Positions 43,101 through 53,944 of a stretch of DNA of 64,000 nt are shown here, one piece after another. The translations under genes and the position numbers were made by a program. Location: NCBI RefSeq assembly GCF_000150275.1, contig NW_002060946.1, forward strand, positions 739,562 through 803,561, written 5' to 3'. Source of the stretch: Trichoplax adhaerens (taxonomy: Eukaryota; Animalia; Placozoa). Within the stretch, counting starts at the first letter, position 1. Each line of letters starts with the position of its first letter. The notes below the pieces were generated by a model, which was not told where the DNA came from, searched no databases, and saw nothing but the letters and a program-made list of their open reading frames with translations.

Positions 43101-46100
43101 ATATCATATTTTATGGTATGAAATCATTTAGGTATTTATAATTATTAGCTCAACATTTAATGTAATTCTGTCTATGAAAGAGATTACTTCTATCAAAATT
43201 ATTATTAATTTAATACTCTAAGCTCGGGGTTGTGACTCTTATTCCTAACACCTTTACCTCGTCACAGCTAAACCCTAAACTTCTGCCACCAATGGCAATA
43301 CCAGTTAATGCAACTTGATAGTACCATTTCCTAATGATGGGAGTGTAAAAGATTGGTCCAGTAAATAAGCTATGATCAATTCCACCAAAAGTCTATTTTT
43401 GTACAGAATATAGAAAGTAATATATCATCAATTCAGAAGGATAGCTCAGTAGTTAACCTAGTATTATTTGAGAAAGCTATATCTTAAGGTATTAAGAAAT
43501 AATTTATTCATTAAAGAGACTATCTCGTATTTCAGGCGATGTAGAATAGGATAAAATACATATCTCCATTTGAAATACTAATTATTGAAATACCATCTTA
43601 ACTTAAAATAGGATTAACATTATAATAGAGGCTATAGCAATTTAAATTATACTCATATCTTTATTTACCATCATTCCTCCCAAGTCGACGTCATGTAAAT
43701 GATAATTTTGAGACTGTACGATTGGTCCACATAATGTTAAAGTAAAAATATCTCGTATACCAGTTTCACGAACAAGTTGGTTAAAGACTGGTTCGACTGG
43801 GTGATAGGGGGGCTAAGATGACCAAGTTATTAACAAAACAGGAAATGGCATTGATTAAGATCAAATGGCTACGAATGATATCAATATAAATAGATAGTAG
43901 CACATGTATACAGAAGATTTGTTGATAATAGTAATAAAATGATAACAATAAACTTTTAGTCTACCATAGCAATAGATGGATATGCCATGCCAAGTATGCC
44001 TTGCCAATTGGAGTAGGGTACAAAAAATCTGCCAGATCTATAAATTGCTGCAAACTGAACACGTGCTGATCCATTAATTCCAACGCCTAGTCTTAAGATG
44101 TCAGATACAAGTTCTCCATCCCAATAACCTCGAGCATAACGTACCGCGAAGGTTCGATGTAAATTTACAAAAGTCGACGATCTTTATGCCACAAGATGAG
44201 TATTGGTTATTATGGATTTCATTTGTGTGCATAAATCAGAAGATTAACGTTATTAATAAGTATTTAATTTATTAGTTTAGGTGCTATAGCTTTAAACTGT
44301 AATGTTTATGTTGTACTACTGCATTCTTTATTTTAGGAATGTAAAGGAAATCCATAATATCACGATTCCATTTAATAATCAGAATAGTTCATATAAAAAT
44401 TCAATTTTATCACATTTAAAATCGAGTGAAATCCTTGGCTAAAAAAGATAGCTAAGTTGAACTGTACATTCTAGATGTATATTATGTTGTATATTATGTG
44501 ACTGAAACAGTAATACATTAAATAGTAGTCAAACTATATATGGCTTAGGAAGGCATAAATAAATGACGGTTAATATCATACTACAAATGGATTTGTGGTT
44601 CTTATTTTGTAGATAAATCTACGTTGGATACTATTACTGTTCGTAATAGGGAAGAATGAAGAATCTGATGGATTTCAATTGTCAATGCGTACGATAATTA
44701 GAGTCATTTAATATTAGAATGTACGGTAGTTCAGTAATTCTTTTGATATTTTATACTTACACTAATATGAACTAGATGTATAAGACAGTAACCTAAAATG
44801 TATTAGTAATTCTTATGAATGAAGGGCAGCTATAATTATTAATGTCCATAGTTGAGATGGAATGAAGAACCTTACTGTATTTAGTTACTAAAATAATTTT
44901 ATCTTAGAAAGTAATTTTAAAATGTCGATAATTTGTATTATATAAAATTATGGTAATGTAAACTGGATTCGTAAGATTTTAGCTTAAATGTATGAAATGA
45001 TTGATTTAATATAGGGTGTATTATGTAAATGATTGATAAAATCATCGTATTATAGTAGAGAAGGAATTTACTATCTTACTACTTATATCATGCATCCTTA
45101 CCGATAACGAAAAGTCGTTTTAAGATGAAACAATTCTACATATTTTAAAATCTTCAACTTATATTAGCATGTTTAAGTATACAAATAAGATTATAGCTAA
45201 TTGCATACAAGTAAATTTATAAAATAATGATAGATATCATTGCTATTTTATCGTACTTCTAGAATGAAAGGAAGACATTATTGCACTAAATTATTGTTCT
45301 ATATAATTACTAAGTCATTTTATCGCAATTTACAATTGTAACCAGGAATAGAATTCCTTACTAACAGATATGAATGGGATGCTTACCATACAGTATACTC
45401 GCATGAGTTAGAAATTGAATATAACAGATTGAACTACCTTTGGAATTGGAAAAATCGTCTTATCGCAGGATTAGGAGCTGCAGCCACAGCGAAATTACTA
45501 CTACCAGTGTCGACAATGACCCCTAGCTGAAATAAAGTAGAAATAAAAGGATTTGAGTATTCTCATGAAATAAAAGCCATAAACTGGATTGTAAGTGTAT
45601 AAATAATAAAATTGCAAAACAAATTGGTAAGAAATTAATTATTATCAGTAAGTTTTTTTATACTCAATCTAGAATCATATTACTCTTATTGCTACTACTT
45701 TACTCTATGATCTAATCAAATTTCCTTATTCATATTAAAGGTTAACAAATCGCTTATAGAGGAGGTTTATTACGTTCAAATTAGCCAATGTATTCCATAA
45801 TAACGTTCCTTGATCTAATCAAAATTTCTTACTTGTTGTAATAGAAAATTAATAGAGTAGATCGAACTAAAGTTAAAGTTGATGATTTATTCTTTAAATA
45901 TGAATATTTATAAACTACAGATGATCCTCTATTGCTCAGTAGTAGAAAAATTAAATCACTTACTTTTTGAGGTGGTGAACCTAGCCAAACATGAACTACG
46001 TAACCATTACCGGGTGTTCCTGTCATGGGATCCTTAAACATTCTATTATTTAAGTTTCCATTGGCAGAAGACTGTAAATGATTTGATCGTTTTAACGGTA

Positions 46101-46236
46101 TACGGATTAAGGATGGATTACTATCGTCTATTTCATCAAATAGCGTACGAAGATAACTCGCATTGGTCAAGAAAATGAATTGCAAAAGTAGTAAGGATAA
46201 AAATATTGAATTGGAAGTCCTTTTCCTAGCAGCCAT
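40150..46236 (-). CDS. BACE: BACE-like aspartic protease, paralog A (most BACE1/2-like); type I membrane protein
   Basis: Exons ~46236-45964 (signal peptide; GYVVHVWLGSPPQK), 45526-45439 (VIVDTGSSNFAVAAAP), 44182-43966 (NWQGILGMAYPSIA), 43811-43668, 43392-43258 (GGIDHSLFTGPIFYTPIIRKWYY), 42768-42666 (KTIVDSGTTNFRVP), ~42394-42233 (GFWEGREALCW), 41644-41563, 41446-41353 (MEGFTVMFDRENTRVGFAASKC), ~41216-41169 and ~40485-40150 (TM helix, tail ending PPEYAETE). These motifs follow BACE1/2 rather than pepsin or cathepsin D. Confidence 0.92.
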
Positions 46237-47545
46237 CTTGAATGATTTTCCTGATTTCTCTGTCTGACTGTTTGAATGATTAGTTATAAATTACACAACA
46301 TATGCCGCGCCGCGTAAAGTGGCTAAATTTAACTTAATATCTAAACTATTAAGTTTTGACATTGGTATTTCTTGAATGCATAAACCAACACTACCTTAAT
46401 TATTGAATATCCATAAGTCATTCTCAAAGTTCAATATTGAAATGTTTTGTATAGCAAAGCATATGTTTTTTATAAATCTATTTATTGAATACAATCAATT
46501 CTTTCATATTTAATTTATATTTAGAGAAGGTGATCTAATAAAAATCAACATGGATTAGGAAATTGATTCAACTAAAAAATACTGAACTTGACATAGCATT
46601 ACGTAATATCAAAAACATCACTGATTGCAAACGTATAGCAAGATAGCTTCCTAAATTAAAATCACTCTTATTTTAAGATCCTAATCTGTGTTAGAGAAAT
46701 AAAATTTTTCCCTTTCCCTTCTCAAGATAGACTAATAGACTAACGTGATCGAATAACTAAGTAGTGATACAGCAGAGAATCTCAAGTGTATCGTAAACTG
46801 TAAATCTTACAATTAAAAAGGAGATTTTCTCTGAAATTCGGAATCTTGATCCTATTCAGTGTCAGTGACAATTGTCAGGTGTGATACATTTTTAAAATTT
46901 CTGTAACTCCACTTTATTTCTTAGTAATTTAGCAGAGAATATAATCATTTCTTGTTTTAAAATGTAAGTATTATATGCACTTTAGCTATGAATATCATAT
47001 TAAGTAGCAAGAAATTGAAAATAGCATCAACCTAAACATGGATAAACTGTTAATTGCAGTATCCATTTTAGTTCATATACGAGTATGATACACAAGTTTC
47101 TAATGGAATTGCATACTAATTTTCTTCAGCATCATCTGAATAAGAAGCAGACTTAGCTACTAAACGAAATAATGTAAAGTAGATAAGAAGATAATATTAA
47201 ATGTAAAACGTTGTTTTAAACAGCTGATTTATGCTAGCTATTTAGCATTGCTTCACATAGAATGCTATCAAAGTACCTACGAATAGTCAATCTTTATGTA
47301 TATATTATGAAATTGGACAGCCATAACTAAAAAGGAGCATTCACTGCCTATTAAAATATCTTGTACATACTTTCAGCAATTTAAGTTAGATTGAACTATA
47401 TAAATACAAGCAATAATACATAAATCTAAAGGTCAAAGAGTGCGAACCAATGCAAATAAAATATCAGTTCTGATATCAAATTCACTATTCGTGCTTAAAA
47501 GTCCTGACCTATATTTATAGACTAGACACTATAAGTTGGTAAAAG

Positions 47546-50500
47546 CTACGAAAAATCATTTTGGTTTGCATGATCTGTATTATTCGTTTCGTTTGCATCC
47601 CAGACTTCGGCGTCACTTTTTGCCAAATTACGAAAATGCTGAAATTGATAAAAAATATTATAATCTTTAACATGTACAATGTTTATAAAATTTAATAAGC
47701 TGAAAGAAAGATTAATTATTAGGGTTCGATTAGAGATGATCAAATAGATACTAACTTGTGAATTTTTGAATGCAGAATATAACGTGAAAAGGACGTGTAG
47801 AGATTCTATTTTGCTATTGTAAACGGGGATATCCAGTAAACCTAAGAAAGTATACACTTAGTCAATTACGAATACTTCCTTGGAGAAATTATCTGAACAG
47901 CTTTGGGTATATAATAACTGGAGTTAATTATCGACAACATACCTAAAACAATATCTACATATTGACTCAAGTCGCAATCTAAGTCAGCTGTTGGTAGCCC
48001 AACCTGTATTGTATGTCATTGAGAGGTCATGCGATTAGTTTAACAAACTAAAATCTGGCATTTTACATTCATGTCATAAAGTACAATTACTTTTTCTAGT
48101 AGTTCTTCAAATTCTGCAGGCCATTCTTGCATTAAAGATTCAACATCGGGCATATTTCTAACAAATGTATTCAGAATATAAATCACTTGTAGAATAAATA
48201 ATAAAATTGTAGGAGGAAATCTCAAAACGCTATGAGAGACAAGGGTAAATCATGTAATACTATTAAGTAAAATTTAATATTATAAATTTTAAGTTAGCGC
48301 ATTATGGCCATACTTTGTATAATGGACATTTGGTGGTGGTTTTTGTCTGTGCAATTCACTAATAAACGACGAAATCATTAATAAGTTTTAACTTTTACAT
48401 ACTCTTCCAATCTTGTTTTTTATAAACTTTTAGAATTTATAAATTACCCTATACTTTGGATCCATGCATCGATAGCTTTAGAATTCTTGTCGGCATGATC
48501 AATACTTCTTATCGACTATAATTGTTTTTGATGGTAGACAATAAATTTACTTTATATTTATAAATATAAATTTAGGCATAAGTTCATTCCTTTATGTTTG
48601 TATATATGCTATAATACTTTTAATGTACTAATTTTCAATGAAACTTATGACTATCAAAAGTTCTTACCACTGATTTCGCAGAACTCTGTTTAGAGATAGT
48701 ACGCAGCTGTAAATCTAGAACTAAAAATTCCAATAAGATAAAACGAGTTGTTATCTCATCTGCCAAGTGTAAAGAAAATATTGAGGATGTAGATATGATT
48801 TAATTATGTCTTTGATTGAAAGTTATTTATCATACCTGTAGGATCTGATTGGTTGGCACACGGTTCATCTAGTATAGCCATTCCTAATGTGTCTGTTTTA
48901 TTATCGGGACGTGGAACCTAGTATATGCCAATATAACAATGGTCAGCAAAGAGAACATTCTTTCTTATGTGATAGAAAGATTGTTATTATGTTACCTTAA
49001 TAAAAGCATCAATATCACCAACGGCAGGAATATAATCTGGAATGAAGGGCCTAAGTTTGGTGTCCAATTCAATCGAATGAGGCGTATACCTAAATTGTGA
49101 TAGATCATAACTATGTTAAATTCCGAGATAGTTCATTTCATATATATTATTACTATACCAATTAGTATGTAGCTATTTCATTTTTGATTGTACCTTGTTA
49201 TATACTGAAATAAATCCTTGATTTCACTGTTAACAGGGAGATTAGCAAATTCAGCAGGATCGTAAGCCCTATATGCGTGATATCAATTAATACAGGCAGT
49301 CAATTCATAACCTTCATAAGCTTTAAAGAGAAATAAAATAATCGAGGCTAGCCACGGTAATGATTTAAAATTTTATATCTCTATACCCTTCTTGTCCTTC
49401 ATGGTGACTAGCATCGTTACTTTGATCTTTTTCATCATCGCTTGATACGGATTGATCATCATCGTCTTCATCAATTTCGTATCCGCCACTCTTATGTTGT
49501 TGTATTTTGGTAGCAGAATGTGTATGAGCGGAACGACTAGTTGCGCTGTGTTTATTACTACCATTATTATTACTGCTGCTATTATTAGCGTTTGCATAGC
49601 TACGCTCTAGGGGTTGAACTGGATGATTTATTTTCGGTGGTTGTGGTTGAATACCAGAGGGCTGTTGAAAAAAAAAGTTAGTTCCTTGAGCGAATAACAT
49701 CATGTTAATCAGATAATAGAAAAGTCGCTATTGAGACGAATTATTCCCTAAAATATGTTCTGTAACTATCTTTTCTAGTGAATATTGAAGCAAATAACTA
49801 AGGTAATAATTCTGTCTGAAATATAATTTTAAGATAAAATTGTTAACATTATAATTTTCTTACTTCGTCAATACTGAACTCATCACTACTAGCTTCAGGA
49901 GACTTTGGAGGAGAATCTCCTCGTCCTCCTCTTTTAACGCCTGCATTTCGTGGTCTTGTAGGCATACCAGGTCGGGGGCTTGGTACTTCTTCGTCATCGT
50001 TCACACTTAATGATTCGTCATAATGTTGATTGGCAACCAGATTACCCTGAAAAAGAAGTTAAAAGTTACCTCCCTTATATCTAATTAGGTTGCTTTATTA
50101 CGATTTTGATGTGGTGATTAACGTGCGTACGTATACTCGTACAATCTATCAAATATTGATCAAACGTGGCAGTTATTCATGATGGTTCTCAACACGAATA
50201 ACCACCATAATACTCTTATCCGATCACAAGCATGATGATATATTAAATCATCCAGACTAATTATGCCAATAAAAACATTTACAGTATTCTATCTCTCCAA
50301 CTACAGCCTTATGATGGAGTAAAGGCTATCGAAGCTGTCCAGATCTTGCTTAACTGCTTGATTTACATAGGACTATTGGCCATTTTATCGAGTTCGTCAA
50401 CTATGCGCAATGCTATTCGCGACATAATAACAACTGAAAATAGTTATAAAACTGTATCACCACTCTTTAATAAAGGCCGTCGATATTCGATAGTCTATTA

Positions 50501-50791
50501 AGATGTAGAAAATCAAGAATATAGCGCAAAAATTCATATTAGGACAGGATTAACTCACAGCTCCGTGTATGAATATTACAGCGAAATTTTGGAAAATTGG
50601 CAACAGAAAGCGTGTTTAAAAGGATCATGCAAGGATAAATCGATACTGGTTTGCCATTGCATTTAAGCCAAAAGAGAGCTAATAAATGTAACTTTACGAT
50701 AGTTATTTTTATCTCATACTAGAGAGTGGATAGAGTTATTTTTTCTTACTTTATCGGCATAGTCGTATTGATCAGACGGGCTGTCGGCCAT
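47546..50791 (-). CDS. IFT46: Intraflagellar transport protein 46 (IFT-B core), ~13 exons
   Basis: ATG at 50791 (MADSPSDQYDYADK), then spliced exons encoding NQHYDESLSVND, AYDPAEFANLPVNSEIKDLFQYITR, YTPHSIELDTKLRPFIPDYIPAVGDIDAFIK, VPRPD...LDEPCANQSDPT, NMPDVESLMQEWPAEFEELL, LLDIPV...IESLHVLFTLYSAFKNSQ and HF...stop at 47546. These are hallmark IFT46 blocks. Confidence 0.96.
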
Positions 50792-50811
50792 TGTGATTTA
50801 GTGTAATTTCT

Positions 50812-50824
50812 GTTTCTAGGCAGC
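50812..50824. promoter_or_regulatory. X-box-like (RFX) motif, proximal
   Basis: GTTTCTAGGCAGC, one mismatch from GTYNCY-N-RGYAAC, ~20-30 nt upstream of the IFT46 ATG. Confidence 0.4.
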
Positions 50825-50894
50825 CTGAGAGCTTCATTTGCATCAACACAATTGGACAGGGGACGGAAAGACAGAGCGACAGAATGGGGCTAAA

Positions 50895-51126
50895 GTAGTA
50901 TCAGCTTGTTAAGCAGAGGTAATGCTGATACAGGACTTGCGGTAGACTACTGAGCTATAGCATCCTACTGCTCGCAAGCGCCCAGACCGCGCTTGAATTA
51001 AGATCCGGTACTGGTACTAGTACCGAGTTGCTCCGAAGTGAAGTCTACTGTAACCTAGAAACCCAATCGAGGAACAAGGGTTAGGCTGGAGTAAGCCAGT
51101 CAGGACTTCTAGTAGTCCTTAGTTTT
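50895..51126 (+). ncRNA. Candidate structured non-coding RNA (multi-branch fold, family unrecognised)
   Basis: At least eight stems within ~230 nt, including a 12-bp closing stem (50937-50948/51042-51053) enclosing three hairpins. G-T wobbles occur on the + strand, and TTTT follows the last hairpin. No expression evidence. Confidence 0.4.
51050..51062. promoter_or_regulatory. X-box-like (RFX) motif, distal
   Basis: GTAACCTAGAAAC (reverse complement GTTTCTAGGTTAC), ~260 nt upstream of the IFT46 ATG. RFX control of IFT genes is established in animals. Confidence 0.5.
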
Positions 51127-52191
51127 GAGAAAGAGATTGACCATTTCGAGTCTTTCTTCTAATCCTTAGTTTACTAATGGATGTGGCAATCATCGATAGA
51201 CTATGTAGCGATATAGAGTAAGATAAATACCCTGGAAGTACTTCTGTTAGGTAAACCGTGGGTGAATGTTAACGTATAATAAGTCGTGGAAGACTACTAA
51301 GAACTTTTTTCTAGTAGTCCATGTTGAGTGCCATTTGTCAAGGCCTAAATTGATCATCATCATTACGTTATTATTTTTTACCTCAAGTTAGTACTGTATT
51401 GGGATACTGACTCAATTCAACTGGAATAGTATTACTTTTTACTATCAGATGAAAGCTATACCGATAGGGGTAAAGTAAAGGAAACGATAGATTTTCCCAC
51501 TTTAGTCCAGAGTCCTACGTGTTTCAGAGTTTTAGAACTTTTTAGACTATTCACTATCAAGCAGGAATATCTGAGAGTAATACTGTACATTGAACTACAG
51601 GCTTTGAGTGCGATTTATATACGTATAGTCTACTGCATGACGTTTATTATGATGGAAATAATTCATACCAAGATCTTCATACTTAAGACGGAATAGAATT
51701 AATACGATACTTTATTAATGATGTCTCCAATGCAACAGTTGTTGATATTAAAATAAATGATGCAAAGGATAAATTATATTGCAAGAAATATTAATGAGCT
51801 AAGTACATTGTCAATAAGTATAACAAACTACATATCGAATATTGTGGGTATGTCATGAAAGAAGCACTATTATAATATTACAGTACGACTTAATTGACAT
51901 AAGATACAATTAGTTGCAATATAAGGAGCAGTTTGTCTATTAAATCCATTCATTTTTAGTTTAGATTTATCAAGACTACTACAATAGGCAATGAGCTACT
52001 AGTTTGCGATAATATAAAAATGTTTGCAAAAACATGTCCTCGTTGTTAAATATGCAACCAAGTATCAGGAATGTTATAAAAAGTATCTCTTCAAATGGCA
52101 ATATTATAGCATGTTACTCATCTCATACAGTACAGAACCGATAGTACATGACAGAGAATCTTTCGAGAGATTAAGCATTTGCATAGCAATA

Positions 52192-53340
52192 TTATGTTGT
52201 CTTCATTTGCCAGAGCATTTCAACCGCTTTACATATTCCCACATCGCTATAGTTGAAATAGGCTAATCCAATAAAAGTCATAACAGAAAGAATCATGATC
52301 GCGCCTTGTGTTACTCCTACCAGAGATTTGGGTAAGTAATCTCCAATTATTCCATTAAAGCCCCTGTACAAGTAGATATGACGGGTAAACAGTCTTTTTT
52401 AATACCTACATGTAGGCATAATGTAGGCTAATAACCTTCCGTGAGGTTAAAGTGTACTTGTAGGCAATGATAAATTTTGCATACGTATTCTACAATACTG
52501 TACATGTTAATAATAAAGACTTACCAATAAACATGAGGAGGTATTAGGATAGCCAAAGAATAGTCGACGATATTTCCAGGATATAAATAACCAGCCGGTA
52601 ATGCTGCTAATAAGGCAACGGAAACAATTCTCTCAGATTTCCAGTGGCTGGAAGCAGGCGATCCTTTTTTATCTGATTTAGCTGAAGGCACGTATGATAA
52701 AACATGGTAAGATAACGGTGTACGTACAAACAGTCATTCTATTAACATGCGGAGGCCTTACAGCCATTAATTTACTTTACATAGTATCATACAATTAATT
52801 AGATAATTGCATAATTATCATTAAGCTCAATTACTTTAGCTTTAAACTACGCTGGCACTACTATCACTGCAGTATCTCTCGAATACAGCCGTTCGTTAAG
52901 AGTACATATAATACTAGTACAACCTAAACAAGACGATGAAGTTTGCAGCTGTTTGACATTTGAAAGACCAATCATAGCTGAGAAAAAGTGTTTAAGAAAG
53001 AATTTTATTGTTAGCCCCAATATCGTTATAAATTAATATCTATTAATATTCATTAATTTAGCTTTAAAGTATCCAAGAGATGAAATGTACATTTACCAGG
53101 TCTGATTTTCAGAAATGGTGATTGATTTTGAGACAACGGGGAACTCCGAAAAATCGAAGTACGGCTTATTGTAGCTAGATAACATCAATGTTTAACGAGT
53201 AAAATGAGATTGTATCGTTCCTTATTCCAATCTAAGGCTTAAAATAGTTTTAATAACATGCGAATAATTATACAGCCTAATCACGTTGTCACGAATAGCC
53301 GATGAAACTCACCAATCCTTAAACACATACGAGCAGCCAT
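52192..53340 (-). CDS. SDHD: Succinate dehydrogenase cytochrome b small subunit (CybS), 5 exons
   Basis: Exons 53340-53313, ~53174-53097, ~52977-52924, ~52681-52525 and ~52363-52192. An Arg/Ser-rich mitochondrial presequence is followed by ASSHWKSERIVSVALL...VDYSLAILIPPHVYW-GFNGIIGDY...GLAYFNYSDVGICKAVEMLW, the SDHD signature. Confidence 0.95.
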
Positions 53341-53444
53341 CTTGATTAGATGGGATGGTCGAGGGGTAATCCAGTCAAATGATGCTAGTGCGCAATGCAG
53401 TCGTGTGGTGCATACAAAACGGCTACAGTCTACAGGTAATCATT

Positions 53445-53540
53445 GTACTGTATGCGGTACGATAGAGTAGTACAGTACAGTACTGTACACTGTACTGTAC
53501 ACTGTACAGTGTACAGTGCAGTACGGCGATGGCTACTGTA
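53445..53540. repeat. Palindromic (CAGTA/TACTG)n low-complexity tract in the SDHD-ZRSR2 divergent intergenic region
   Basis: tacagtacagtactgtacactgtactgtacactgtacagtgtacagtgcagtac seen directly. Confidence 0.85.
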
Positions 53541-53944
53541 GTACGTTGACCGCAGTCTGTTTCCAAGTCGACAAAATTAACTCTACCATCGTCGCGTAGT
53601 CCGGTCAAATTCTTTATGACTAGTGAATGTTTAGGGCATTAGACTGATGCTGTCATGACGGGATCAATACTCATACAGAGCAAAAAGAAAAACGCTCATA
53701 CACTAGTAAAGTATAGATTTTTATGACATGTTCTAGTAGCATAACTGATCTTAACTGCTAGGACGATGCTCAGGAAAATTGCACTCTGGTACAGTACATG
53801 TACTGTACAAATTGTACTGTAGTTCGAAAAAGGGCCATCGGACAAGCATCATTTTCCTCCTAAATATATCATCAATAAATAAAGGGTTAATTTAGTCGAG
53901 CATCTTGCAGACATTGATTAAGTTAGAGCAACCTTGCTGCTGCA

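Noticed and set aside
50879-50895. ACAGAATGGGGCTAA resembling RNase MRP/P conserved region V
   Set aside because: The complementary CR-I element (GAAAGTCCCC-like) is not present upstream, and the required region would overlap IFT46 exon 1.
50952-51033. Cloverleaf-like fold as a tRNA
   Set aside because: No 7-bp acceptor stem, no D-loop GG, no TTCRA T-loop or B-box, and the arm lengths are wrong.
51077-51085. Minus-strand CCUAACCCU, resembling a telomerase RNA template for TTAGGG
   Set aside because: It is sequestered in a predicted stem, no U-rich/A-rich pseudoknot or H/ACA domain is evident downstream, and wobble polarity favours the + strand. It is worth one covariance-model check but is not supported here.
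53827-53850. AAAAAGGGC resembling the 5' end of U11 snRNA
   Set aside because: Similarity stops after 9 nt, with no Sm site or U11 stem-loops.
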